A stretch of 47,162 nt of DNA from Planctomycetota bacterium (GTDB lineage Bacteria > Planctomycetota > Planctomycetia > Pirellulales > UBA7805), in NCBI GenBank assembly GCA_014237955.1, contig JABABY010000001.1, positions 1-47,162 on the forward strand, given 5' to 3'. Positions 9,428 through 18,510 of this stretch are shown in pieces. Each line of letters begins with the position of its first letter. Position 1 is the first letter of the stretch. A program made the translations under genes and the position numbers. The notes beneath the pieces are model-generated. The model ran no database searches. It saw only the letters and a program-made list of their open reading frames with translations, and was not told the DNA's origin.

Positions 9428-11032
9428 TCACACCACTGGAGAATCTTCTTCAGTCCGACGGCCGAGACACCAAAGAAAACTGAATAATAACAGTGCCGAA
9501 GCGGGCAAACAGATCCAGACAGAAATACCAAAACCGACCGGAATGGTACCGGCAAGGATCGAGACAGCCCCCACAACCAGCGCATAGGGCATTTGAGTCC
9601 AAACGTGCGCCATATGATTACAACCACTGGCACGACTCGAGAGGATCGTGGTGTCTGAAATAGGCGAACAATGATCCCCAAAAATGGATCCTGCCAAAAC
9701 AGCTCCGATCGAAGCAATAAAGATCGGGTTGTGGACCATCTCCTCGCCGCTAGGGTCGATCAATTGCCACGTCACCCGGATTACCAATGGCGTGAGAAGG
9801 CTCATCGTGCCCCAACTGGTCCCCGTGCAATAGGACACAACTGCGGAAAGCAGAAATACAAGTGTGGGCATCCATTCCGGTGAAACCGCGTCTCCCAACA
9901 GGCCTGCAAGATAGACTGCCGTACCGAGTCGACCAGCCGGGTCGGTGGACTCGCTCGAGGCAGAAAGTTCGGCCAGCGTCCAGGCCAACCACAACACCAC
10001 CAACGCCGGAAACATCTGCCAAGCTCCTCGCACGGCGGCTTGAAAAATGCCCGCTAATGATCCTCGTTGTTCCAGCCCAGTTAACAACATGGCCGTCAGA
10101 CAGCCCGCCAGCGAGGCCCATACGAGGGCACTGTAGGCATCCGCACTACCAATGATTTGCCACAGACTTGTTCCCCCAGACCCATCTGGCAATCCGGTTA
10201 GAACTAAAGATGCAACAAGTACGATGGTGAGAACCACGATGGGAACCAATGCCAGATGAACACGACCGCCTGAAGCCAATTCTCTTCGAGCAGACGTTTT
10301 ACAATGATCCATTTCATTTTCTATAAAGTTGTCGGCTGCCTGCTTCTCAGCCTTTCGCATGGGACCAAAATCTCGACCCGTACAAGCGACCATTCCCACC
10401 AACATTAGTGCTAGAAGTGGATAAAACCGGTACACAATGGTTTCAATAAAAATAGAAAAGCCGAGGCCTTGGTTGGTCGGGATGTCAATACCGGCGAGAC
10501 CGGTACTAATAAAATCCACTTCTCCGGCCACCCAAGTTGATACGATTGCAATACCCGCCACTGGGGCCGCTGTGGAATCGACAATGTAGGCCAATTTTTC
10601 TCGCGAGATTTTTAAGCGATCGGTCACCGGACGAAAAGTCGTTCCGAGTAACAATGTATTGGCGTAGTCGTCAAAAAAGATAATCAGCCCCATCAACCAT
10701 GTAATAGCCTGTCCTCGGCGCCGATTCGTGGCAAACGGACGAAGCAGATCAACCAGACCGCGCATCCCACCACTATGATGGATGATGCCAACCATCGCAC
10801 CCATCAACAGGGTAAAGGCAAAGACTCGCAAATGATCGGAGCTACAGAGCGACGAGACAAGATCGGTGGTAATACACCGCACTACGGCAGCAAATGGGTT
10901 TCCGTCGGTGAGCACCAATGCTGCCGCAAAGACCCCCATCAGCAACGAGGGAATAACCCGCCGGGTTAACATTGCCAAAAGAATAGCCAACAACGGCGGA
11001 AGAACGCTCCATATTCCGTAATGATCTCCCAT
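9428..11032 (-). CDS. nhaC: Na+/H+ antiporter NhaC-family membrane transporter
   Basis: 534-aa polytopic membrane protein with NhaC-family blocks (IIFFDDYANTLLLGTTFRP, GDHCSPISDTTILSS). Confidence 0.85.
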   Translation of the reverse strand: MGDHYGIWSVLPPLLAILLAMLTRRVIPSLLMGVFAAALVLTDGNPFAAVVRCITTDLVSSLCSSDHLRVFAFTLLMGAMVGIIHHSGGMRGLVDLLRPFATNRRRGQAITWLMGLIIFFDDYANTLLLGTTFRPVTDRLKISREKLAYIVDSTAAPVAGIAIVSTWVAGEVDFISTGLAGIDIPTNQGLGFSIFIETIVYRFYPLLALMLVGMVACTGRDFGPMRKAEKQAADNFIENEMDHCKTSARRELASGGRVHLALVPIVVLTIVLVASLVLTGLPDGSGGTSLWQIIGSADAYSALVWASLAGCLTAMLLTGLEQRGSLAGIFQAAVRGAWQMFPALVVLWLAWTLAELSASSESTDPAGRLGTAVYLAGLLGDAVSPEWMPTLVFLLSAVVSYCTGTSWGTMSLLTPLVIRVTWQLIDPSGEEMVHNPIFIASIGAVLAGSIFGDHCSPISDTTILSSRASGCNHMAHVWTQMPYALVVGAVSILAGTIPVGFGISVWICLPASALLLFSFLWCLGRRTEEDSPVV

Positions 11033-11058
11033 CGACCCTTACCGCGCTGATCTTGGAA

Positions 11059-11571
11059 CTACGACTCATCCTGTTCCCTAAGTCGCTCACGAAGTGCCGT
11101 GGCCACCATGTCGGGTACAAACCGGCGAAGTTCGTCTTCACCCGCCAGACTCGCAATTTGCTTGATCAAAGAACTGGAAATATGTGAGTATTCCTCACCA
11201 GCCATCAGAAACACTGTCTCAATATCGGGAGCCAACTTGTGATTGGCGAGCGACATCGTGAACTCCGCCTCCATATCGGAGAGCGACCGAACTCCACGCA
11301 CCATAACCCGCGATTGGCAGTCGCTTACAAAATCGACTGCCAGACCATCAAAGGAACGGATTTCAATATTTTTCAGATTCGCCGTGGACTGACGAACGAG
11401 TTCCATCCGCTCGTCAACGGTGAACAGGGACTGTTTGTCAATATTGACTCCAATACCAATCACGAGCCGACCCACCAGACGGCTGCAACGCTCGATCACA
11501 TTCAGGTGCCCCAAGGTAATAGGGTCGAATGATCCCGTGTAAACAGCTATGTGCATATCGGATTGTGGCAT
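11059..11571 (-). CDS. coaD: Phosphopantetheine adenylyltransferase
   Basis: N-terminal nucleotidyltransferase motif AVYTGSFDPITLGHLNVIERC and typical size (~165-170 aa). The true start may be the second ATG at 11556 (MHIAVY...). Confidence 0.95.
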   Translation of the reverse strand: MPQSDMHIAVYTGSFDPITLGHLNVIERCSRLVGRLVIGIGVNIDKQSLFTVDERMELVRQSTANLKNIEIRSFDGLAVDFVSDCQSRVMVRGVRSLSDMEAEFTMSLANHKLAPDIETVFLMAGEEYSHISSSLIKQIASLAGEDELRRFVPDMVATALRERLREQDES

Positions 11572-12015
11572 AGTCTGTTTAATCTATCGGTAATGGCATA
11601 TGTCTTCAACCAACCGTACAAACCTCCTCTGTCTGTACTGAGATACAGGACACAAAACCCAAACCGTCCTGAAACTTGGTAAAGACAACCGGGAAGAAAC
11701 AATGAGGTTCCATGAAAATACCACGCCATTTTGGCGCCGAATCAATACCCTTGAGATTGCCAACCGGTCGGCCAGGCCGCTGCAAACGACCGTCGCCTAC
11801 GGATTGATCCTGCCACATTGCACTAAATCTGGCGGGATCTGTCATCGCGTTGCATGTGGGTATCTATCCTGAGAACGGAGACTTAGGGAAATTCTGGTCA
11901 TTCTGATGGCGATGCAGATACTTGCTTTACCCTGGTATTACGTTTGATTTGGCTTTGATTATACTTGGAACCTCACACTCGTACTTAAACCCCACCCTCG
12001 CAGTTGGCAACGATC

Positions 12016-12198
12016 ATGTTGAAGGCGATCTGTTTCTCCGGAATAATTTTTGGAGCAATCTGCCTCCTTGTATTTGGATTTGATTTGGCCCTTCAATTTC
12101 CCTTTGGACGACCAAGCCCAACGCTTGATATTGGCTTTATCCTTGTGGCACTGATCCTGATATACCTAGGATGGTCCGCCAAAAAAGATGTGGTCTAA
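12016..12198 (+). CDS. Small hypothetical two-TM membrane protein (~60 aa)
   Basis: The ORF has two clear hydrophobic helices (ICFSGIIFGAICLLVFGF and IGFILVALILIYLGW). An ATG lies at 12016, and the track ORF starts at a TTG at 12004. No family was recognised. Confidence 0.4.
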   Translation: MLKAICFSGIIFGAICLLVFGFDLALQFPFGRPSPTLDIGFILVALILIYLGWSAKKDVV

Positions 12199-12425
12199 AT
12201 CGAGCCACTTTCTATTTGCAACGCCTAAAAATAGGACGGTCTGAGTTTTCGACCATCTTCTCGAACTGTTTCAGAGAACAATGTAATTAAGTCGGGAAAA
12301 TCAATTTTTCAATGGCCACATTGTTATCTGGGCTCTGATACATGGAGAGTGGACCCTTTGGCATTAACCGCTACAATTCGTGTAGGAACAGCGTCTACTC
12401 AAAACAATATAAAGGAAGGTGGAGT

Positions 12426-12995
12426 ATGATTCACCCGAACCTTCGCAACTGTTTGTTTTTTACAGGCCTTTGCACAGGTGTGGCTATAGCCGGATTTTCT
12501 TTTTGGTTTTCCATGTCTCTCCGCGATGGAAGCTCTGTTGGGAATAGCACCCACTTTATCGGCGTCCAGGCTACCGCAACTGCCAGGAATGATTCCTTCA
12601 GTGCAGCGACCGGATCCATCGATGAGAACGTTGAGGGATTGTTTTTGCTCGACCCGCTAACGGGCCAACTCTCCTGCTATATTTTAAATCCCTATAAACT
12701 GGCATTCACCATGGTATACCGATACAACAAGGTCCTGGAAGACCTTGGCATGCAAAAAGAAAAGGGGGCCCGCCTGCTGCTACTGACAGGATTGGTGGAT
12801 TACAAATTGAAATCGGGAACAGAAAAACCCTCCCAAGCGGTCGCCTATGTCGTGGACTCTGCGAGTGGGAATTTTGCAGCCTATGCCGTTCCCTGGAAGA
12901 AAAGTATCATCACCACCTCACAAAAAAAGCCACACATCGGCTCGCTTCGCCTGCTCCACAAAGGACAATCGAGAAACATCGAGTTGCGACAGTAA
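12426..12995 (+). CDS. Hypothetical membrane-anchored protein (N-terminal TM plus ~150-aa soluble domain)
   Basis: The ATG at 12426 is preceded by a strong SD-like AAGGAAGGTGGAG. An N-terminal TM segment is present (CLFFTGLCTGVAIAGFSFWF). Two related motifs occur: LLDPLTGQLSCYIL and VVDSASGNFAAYAV. No family was recognised. Confidence 0.6.
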   Translation: MIHPNLRNCLFFTGLCTGVAIAGFSFWFSMSLRDGSSVGNSTHFIGVQATATARNDSFSAATGSIDENVEGLFLLDPLTGQLSCYILNPYKLAFTMVYRYNKVLEDLGMQKEKGARLLLLTGLVDYKLKSGTEKPSQAVAYVVDSASGNFAAYAVPWKKSIITTSQKKPHIGSLRLLHKGQSRNIELRQ

Positions 12996-13073
12996 GAAAC
13001 TCTCCCGGTTTTAGCACTCTCAATGGAACTGGGCCGCAAGCTTAATAGATAGAGGCTGCGCAATGGCAGTCTC

Positions 13074-14594
13074 TCAGCGCTCCGTCACCGATGCTCTAAT
13101 CGCAGCCGTCAATCCAGCCGTGGTGTAATCCTCGGCCTCAACGGCCGGATTGTAACCACATTCTTCCAACACTTTGGAAGTGACCGGACTAATGCTCGCG
13201 AGGCGGACCTTGCGTAATTCCTCGCCAAACAGACTCACCAATGAACGGGCAATCGACGAACTCGTTACCGTCATCCAGTCGATTTGGTCCTCGGCAACTG
13301 CTGACGCCACGGTCGGATCCGGCGTAAGAACATCACGACTCTCGTAGAGAACAATTTGATTGATCTTTCCGCCAGCAGCAGACAATTGCTCTGCCAATAT
13401 TTCCCGCCCCCGACTCGCCCTTGCGATGAGAAATCGCTGACCTTTTGCTTTGCGTGCAAGTTTTTCGGCCAATGCTTCTGCACGGTACTCTGTGGGTATG
13501 ATATCGGCTGAAAGGTGGTATTTTGAAAGGGCTTCGGCTGTACTCGGTCCGATTGCTGCCAGACGGATTTTCCCAAGCCTCCGCAGGTCTCCATGCGAAA
13601 GACAAAGCCGGTCCAAAAGAGCCCGGACACCATTGGCACTCGAAAAGACCAACCAATCATACTCCTCAAGAGACTCAAGTGCCGCATCGACAGGAGCCCA
13701 GTCCCGCGGTGGCACGATCTCGATGGCAGGCTGTACAAGGCAGCCAGCACCAAGTTCGGTAAGGGATCGACACATCTCATAGGATTGGTGGTGAGGACGG
13801 GTGATTAGAACTGTCTGACCAATCAACGGTTTTCGTTCAAACCACGATACCGCTGGAGCCGCAACAGAAGTATTACCAATAACAATCACGGCAGGTGGTC
13901 GCATCTGCCGACTGGCCAATTCTTCCGCAACCGATTCAAGCCGACAAGAGATAACTTGTTGATCATTCCAGGAACAACGATGGACAATTGTTGCCATTAC
14001 TTTTCGATCACGACCTGCTTCCATCAGTTTTTGTGTCCATTGGGGTGCGGTAGTAACACCCATATAGAAAATCAGGGTGCCTGGAAAAGCTGCCAACGCA
14101 GCGTAGTCCAATTTTGAGTCCTCACCGCTGTCTTTTTCCTGTCCGGTCACCATCGCCACCGCTGAGGCATGGTCGCGGTTTGTGACAGAAATACCAGCGT
14201 AACTGGGGGCGGCAAACGAGGCTGTGATGCCGGGTACAATTTCCCAGGGCACACCCGCTGTATCGAGTGCATCCGTTTCCTCCGCAACGCGAGCAAAAAC
14301 CGCCGGATCCCCCCCTTTAAGGCGTACAACTATTTTTCCGGCTACAGCGAGATCAATCATTTTTTGATTGATTTCTTCTTGAGATAATAATCGGCCCTTT
14401 CCGTGACGACCCAAACAGATTGTGTCCGTATCTTCACGAACAAATTGAAGAATCAGCGGATTGACAAGAAAGTCATAAAGCACAACGTCCGCACAGCTGA
14501 GCAATTCACCACCGCGCATTGTGATGAGGCCCGGATCTCCGGGACCTGCACCCACAAGATAAACGCAACCAACACCCGTGTTATTCTCTGACAC
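13074..14594 (-). CDS. cobA: Bifunctional uroporphyrinogen-III C-methyltransferase / uroporphyrinogen-III synthase (CobA-HemD fusion)
   Basis: The N-terminal half carries SUMT motifs (VYLVGAGPGDPGLITMRG, LKGGDPAVF). The C-terminal ~240 aa is HemD-like (VLITRP...LVFSSANGVRAL...IGPSTAEAL). GTG start at 14594. Confidence 0.9.
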   Translation of the reverse strand: MSENNTGVGCVYLVGAGPGDPGLITMRGGELLSCADVVLYDFLVNPLILQFVREDTDTICLGRHGKGRLLSQEEINQKMIDLAVAGKIVVRLKGGDPAVFARVAEETDALDTAGVPWEIVPGITASFAAPSYAGISVTNRDHASAVAMVTGQEKDSGEDSKLDYAALAAFPGTLIFYMGVTTAPQWTQKLMEAGRDRKVMATIVHRCSWNDQQVISCRLESVAEELASRQMRPPAVIVIGNTSVAAPAVSWFERKPLIGQTVLITRPHHQSYEMCRSLTELGAGCLVQPAIEIVPPRDWAPVDAALESLEEYDWLVFSSANGVRALLDRLCLSHGDLRRLGKIRLAAIGPSTAEALSKYHLSADIIPTEYRAEALAEKLARKAKGQRFLIARASRGREILAEQLSAAGGKINQIVLYESRDVLTPDPTVASAVAEDQIDWMTVTSSSIARSLVSLFGEELRKVRLASISPVTSKVLEECGYNPAVEAEDYTTAGLTAAIRASVTER

Positions 14595-14725
14595 CTTTTC
14601 GGCACACTCCCGATGTTGTTGTTTTGAGCTATGATCCTGCTAGAATTATAAAGTTTCCGGGCGCAATTATCAGACCGCCCCTTTAAATATCGGATATACC
14701 TCGAAATGCCTCCCAGGGCCAAGCA

Positions 14726-16195
14726 ATGGCTGAAAAAGATAACGCCGAGAAAAAGAATGGCGAAACAGGGCCGGAGGCATCCGAAAAGGACAATGCACTG
14801 GTGCTAAAACCAGTCTCTCCGGTCCAGCGTAAGCGACTGCAAAAATGCTTCGAACACGGAAGTATGCTCTCGGCAAAAGGCGAGTTTGATTACGCCGACC
14901 AGATGTTTCGTCAGTGTGTCGGCGGTGATCCTGGCAATCTAATTTACACGCAGAATCTTCTGACTAATCTGAAGAAAAAATACAACAATAACAAAAAGGG
15001 CGGTAAGCTTTCAGGCATTAGAGGTGCAAAAGCGAAAGCGGGAATAAAAAAGGCTCAGCGCAAAAAGGACTGGGCTGGTGTCATCAAGTCGGGTCTGGAA
15101 TATCTGCATCACAACCCTTGGGATAGTTCCACTCTCACCGATATGGCCAAGGCCTGTTCGGAACTGGAAATAGCGGATTGTCAAATCGAATATTTGAAGA
15201 TGGCGATCGAGGGAAATCCCAAAGATATGGCGCTCAATCGCGTGGCTGCCGATGGGTTTGCCAATATTGCTCAGTTTGATGAGGCGCTTTCCTGCTTGGA
15301 ACGCATTTTGGCACAAAACCCGAATGATCAGGATCTGGCCCGGGAAATCAATCAACTCACCGTCAACAAAACCATTCATAAAGGTGGCTATGAACAGGCG
15401 GAATCATCTTTGGATGTAAGCGTCGAGAAACAAGCCAAAAATAAGTTGACCGGCGGGGCCATGGAATTAACTGAGGAGCAGAGGTTGCGTCGTGAAATCC
15501 GGCGGCATCCAGAAGAGGTAACCAATTACATTAATTTATCCAATTACTTTTTCAAACTGGAGGATTTTGAGGCCGCTGAACAAGTGATGGGTGATGGTGT
15601 GGATGCAAGCGGGGCTATTCGGGCTACCGAAGAGTTGGAAGACATTCAATTGTATCGCACCCGACTGGAGATTCTGCGGGCAAAAAAACGTGCGGTCTCA
15701 ACAAAACGGGCTGAGGACATCGACTTATACAAACGAATGAAGGACGAACTCAATAAACGCGAATTGGCCGTGTATGCAGCGCGTTCCGACCGCTATCCCA
15801 GCAACACAAAAATAAAATTTGATTTAGGAATTCGCCTTAAGAGGGCCGGTAATTATGAGCAGGCAATTAAAGAATTCCAACAGGCCCGTAATGATGTCGA
15901 CCGAGCCGCCTCAGCCAGCTTAGAAACTGGCGAATGCTTCCAGCAAATCAAACAATACCGATTAGCGATGACTGCTTATGAGGAATCCATCAAAAAGTGT
16001 ACTGCATCTGATGGAGAGGTGAAAAAGTTGGCACTTTACCGCGCTGGCTGGCTGAGCGAAAAGTTGCAGGAGTATCTAAACGCAGAAAAGTATTTTTCGC
16101 AACTTGCGGGCATCGACTTCGGCTTCCGGGATGTTGCCGAAATGCTCAATCAGGTCTCGAAAAAAACGGCTCGGGACGAGTCCTCAGGGGAATAG
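14726..16195 (+). CDS. TPR-repeat protein (489 aa)
   Basis: Multiple TPR-like helical repeats (e.g. AGNYEQAIKEFQQARNDVD, IKQYRLAMTAYEESIK) follow a Lys-rich N-terminal linker. No specific function is recognisable. Confidence 0.8.
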   Translation: MAEKDNAEKKNGETGPEASEKDNALVLKPVSPVQRKRLQKCFEHGSMLSAKGEFDYADQMFRQCVGGDPGNLIYTQNLLTNLKKKYNNNKKGGKLSGIRGAKAKAGIKKAQRKKDWAGVIKSGLEYLHHNPWDSSTLTDMAKACSELEIADCQIEYLKMAIEGNPKDMALNRVAADGFANIAQFDEALSCLERILAQNPNDQDLAREINQLTVNKTIHKGGYEQAESSLDVSVEKQAKNKLTGGAMELTEEQRLRREIRRHPEEVTNYINLSNYFFKLEDFEAAEQVMGDGVDASGAIRATEELEDIQLYRTRLEILRAKKRAVSTKRAEDIDLYKRMKDELNKRELAVYAARSDRYPSNTKIKFDLGIRLKRAGNYEQAIKEFQQARNDVDRAASASLETGECFQQIKQYRLAMTAYEESIKKCTASDGEVKKLALYRAGWLSEKLQEYLNAEKYFSQLAGIDFGFRDVAEMLNQVSKKTARDESSGE

Positions 16196-16477
16196 CCAAC
16201 GATCCCGAAGAGGGGGAAGCGGTATGCGGCCCACAAGATCGCATTCTACGCCGTTGCATTTTGACGAAAAGCTTTCTCGGGGTTCTCTCTCCGTTTCGAT
16301 TTTTCCGGAATTTGATCCGCTCTCTGGTGCATGACTCCATAATTCCGTGGTGGGGCGACTGGACAGAACTATCCGAAAAGGTCATAAATGAGCGTTCCCT
16401 GTTGGAGTGTTACACCACTCTCCAACTGCAACTAACTATCGTTTTGCAGGCAAAACAAACTTCAGATTGAATCAATC

Positions 16478-16750
16478 ATGCCCAACAACAAAAGTGCGGA
16501 AAAACGTCTGCGACAAAACAAAAAACGCCGGCAACGCAATAAAGCCATTAAGACCTCAATGCGAGGCAATTTACGCAAGGTGAATATCGCAGTGGACGCT
16601 GGGGAAGTAGAGTCCGGTGAGTCGGCATTTCGCAATGTTGCCAGACAACTTGATCTAGTGGCATCTAAAAAGATAGTCCACCCAAACAAGGCCGCGCGTC
16701 TCAAATCACGGATGTCATCCAAGCTCAAGGCGTTGAAGGCGAGCAGCTGA
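16478..16750 (+). CDS. rpsT: 30S ribosomal protein S20
   Basis: MPNNKSAEKRLRQNKKRRQRNKAIKTSMR... is the canonical S20 N-terminus. The 90-aa size also fits. Confidence 0.97.
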   Translation: MPNNKSAEKRLRQNKKRRQRNKAIKTSMRGNLRKVNIAVDAGEVESGESAFRNVARQLDLVASKKIVHPNKAARLKSRMSSKLKALKASS

Positions 16751-16760
16751 GCGGCTCTTT

Positions 16761-16804
16761 TCTCCTGGTGACGGCATCTCCTGGTGACGGCATCTCCTGG
16801 TGAC
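16761..16804. repeat. 16-nt tandem direct repeat, 2.75 copies (TCTCCTGGTGACGGCA)
   Basis: Read directly from the sequence. The unit occupies 16761-16776 and 16777-16792 (identical), with a partial third copy at 16793-16804. It fills most of the 62-nt spacer between the convergent stops of rpsT (16750) and mcsB (16813). Confidence 0.9.
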
Positions 16805-16812
16805 AAAAGACG

Positions 16813-17892
16813 TCAATTTGATTCGTGTTGTCCCCGAGAGTCGTCGCAACCAAGGTGCCGCCGCAGAAAAGTCGCCCGTGCAATATTACGGTCAGCCGTA
16901 TCCAACACTTTGCCGCTGATCTTCTGCAGATGGGCTGGCTGTGTTTGAATAAACAACTCATTCACCTGTCCCATTGCCAACTCCGGGAGTAATCTCAGTT
17001 CGACACCCATCCGGATGCTGGAGAGCAAATGCATCGTCTCTTCGCTACTGATTGTCTGGGCCGTGGAAAGAATTCCGTAAGCCCGACTCACCCGGTCGTG
17101 TAAATTTTCATGGCTTTCTCGCTGCAGAAATTCACGTGCTCGGCGTTCATAATCAATGAGAACCGGCACGACGTCCGCAACCTGCTTAATCAACTCTTCC
17201 TCACTTTTTCCAAGCGTAATCTGGTTGCTTATCTGGTAAAAATCCCCCATCGCCTGTGAGCCTTCACCATACAGTCCTCGGACTGCTAAGCTAATCTTAT
17301 GCAGACTGCGGAAAACCTTCTCAATCTGCCCAGTAATGACCAGGGCCGGGAGATGCAACATTACACTCACCCGAATCCCTGTGCCCACATTTGTCGGACA
17401 GGCCGTCAGATAACCGAGTCGTGCATCAAAGGCATACGAAACTTTTTCTTCCAGACGATCATCAATACTGTTGATTCGCTCCCAAGCAGCATCAAGATCA
17501 AAGCCGCTATGCATCACCTGAATGCGAAGATGATCTTCCTCGTTAATCATCAGGCTCATGCGCTCGCCAGTATCGATAGCAACTCCGCGGGCTCCTTCAC
17601 TATCTGCATGTTCCCGACTAATTAATTGCCGCTCCACGAGAAATTGCCGACCAAGACTATCTAATTCGTTCACATCAAGATACGAGAGACCCGCTTGTTG
17701 ATTCGTATCGAGAACATTCTTACGCAAGGATTTCTCAATTTCAGCCCGATCGAGTTCCGTTGCCTTACCGACAAACGGATAATCGGCCAAGTTGCGGGCT
17801 AAGCGAATACGACTACTAACAACGATATCTGAGTCCGGGCCAACGCCCTTAAGCCACTCACCACTCTTGCCAGCCAGTTCATCAAGATTCAC
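16813..17892 (-). CDS. mcsB: Protein arginine kinase (ATP:guanido phosphotransferase), McsB family
   Basis: Catalytic block GYLTACPTNVGTGIRVSVMLHLPAL and RIRLARNL near the N-terminus. The GTG start at 17892 is preceded by GGAGAG. The gene sits 5 nt downstream of the mcsA-like gene. Confidence 0.92.
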   Translation of the reverse strand: MNLDELAGKSGEWLKGVGPDSDIVVSSRIRLARNLADYPFVGKATELDRAEIEKSLRKNVLDTNQQAGLSYLDVNELDSLGRQFLVERQLISREHADSEGARGVAIDTGERMSLMINEEDHLRIQVMHSGFDLDAAWERINSIDDRLEEKVSYAFDARLGYLTACPTNVGTGIRVSVMLHLPALVITGQIEKVFRSLHKISLAVRGLYGEGSQAMGDFYQISNQITLGKSEEELIKQVADVVPVLIDYERRAREFLQRESHENLHDRVSRAYGILSTAQTISSEETMHLLSSIRMGVELRLLPELAMGQVNELFIQTQPAHLQKISGKVLDTADRNIARATFLRRHLGCDDSRGQHESN

Positions 17893-17897
17893 CTAAA

Positions 17898-18410
17898 CTA
17901 CTCTCCAGTCGCTTCGTTCTCGATATTGCGAATTTCATCTCGCAACTCAGAAGCTCTCTCGTATTGTTCCTGGGATACCGCATCCTTCATTTCCCGCCTG
18001 AGTCGGATCATTTCCGTTTGTCGTGCACTCACACCTGCCGATCGCTTGGGACACTTGCCGATATGATCGGTTGCACCATGGATATTCAATAACAATTGCT
18101 CAAGTTCGGAAGCGAAACAGGTGTAGTCGTGGGGACAGCCAAAGCGGCCTTGGCTGCGAAACTCGTAAAAGGTGATGCCACAAACTGGACAGGACTGCTG
18201 GTCCAGTCGGGACAGATCTTCAGCGGTTTGTCCCACCGCCAATTGGTTGGCAAGAACACCCGCCAAATTTGGTGATGGCGCGGGGGTTTCTTCCTCATGC
18301 TGTAAATATGCGTGGGCATGATCTTTGCAAAGGTGCAACTCGTGGGGCTTGCCATCCGCCAACTCAGTAATATGAAAGGTTGCCACCTTTTCGCACTCTT
18401 GGCACTTCAT
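17898..18410 (-). CDS. mcsA: UvrB/UvrC-motif zinc-finger protein, McsA-like activator of McsB
   Basis: Zinc-finger-like motifs: MKCQECEK...LCKDHA and CPVCGITFYEF...FGCPHDY. A C-terminal UVR motif follows (EQYERASELRDEIRNIE). ATG at 18410, while the track ORF begins at a TTG at 18422. Confidence 0.85.
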   Translation of the reverse strand: MKCQECEKVATFHITELADGKPHELHLCKDHAHAYLQHEEETPAPSPNLAGVLANQLAVGQTAEDLSRLDQQSCPVCGITFYEFRSQGRFGCPHDYTCFASELEQLLLNIHGATDHIGKCPKRSAGVSARQTEMIRLRREMKDAVSQEQYERASELRDEIRNIENEATGE

Positions 18411-18479
18411 AATCTTCAGCAATAATCAAAGGTGTTCCAGTGTATAGCGACCAGACCGCAAGCGTGCAGATCACTATAC

Positions 18480-18510
18480 GTCCCAAAAACGATAGGTCCA
18501 AAAAACGATC
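18480..18510. promoter_or_regulatory. Tandem 15-nt direct repeat upstream of mcsA (candidate operator)
   Basis: GTCCCAAAAACGATA (18480-18494), then g, then GTCCAAAAAACGATC (18496-18510). The repeat lies 58-100 nt upstream of the two candidate mcsA starts. Assigning it a function is inference only. Confidence 0.25.

Noticed and set aside
9100-9717. 205-aa minus-strand ORF. Its 3' third (ATG 9396 to stop 9100, 98 aa, 7 Cys) occupies the nhaC-cpaC gap and stops 16 nt before the preferred cpaC start.
   Set aside because: The 5' two-thirds overlaps nhaC out of frame. The 98-aa remainder has no recognisable family and uses several rare-looking codons (AGG, AGA, CTA, GTA). It ends in an odd FFFALFEDEDEY segment. 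I cannot support it as a gene, although its position just upstream of the cpaC SD makes it worth a proteomics check.
11606-11845. 79-aa ORF upstream of coaD
   Set aside because: No family signal, a W/C-rich composition and no SD. rsmD, which often precedes coaD, would be much larger.
11881-11940. CTGATGGCGATG... stretch upstream of a small membrane protein, which briefly suggested a fluoride (crcB-motif) riboswitch
   Set aside because: The other conserved elements of the motif (the GGCGATG...CCGCC pairing and the AAACTGCC segment) are absent. The downstream protein is also not CrcB-like.
16261-16470. 69-aa TTG-initiated ORF in the rpsT upstream region, plus two small hairpins at about 16413-16454
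   Set aside because: The ORF has no support. The hairpins (7-bp and 6-7-bp stems) might belong to an rpsT leader, but they are too small to call without covariation evidence.
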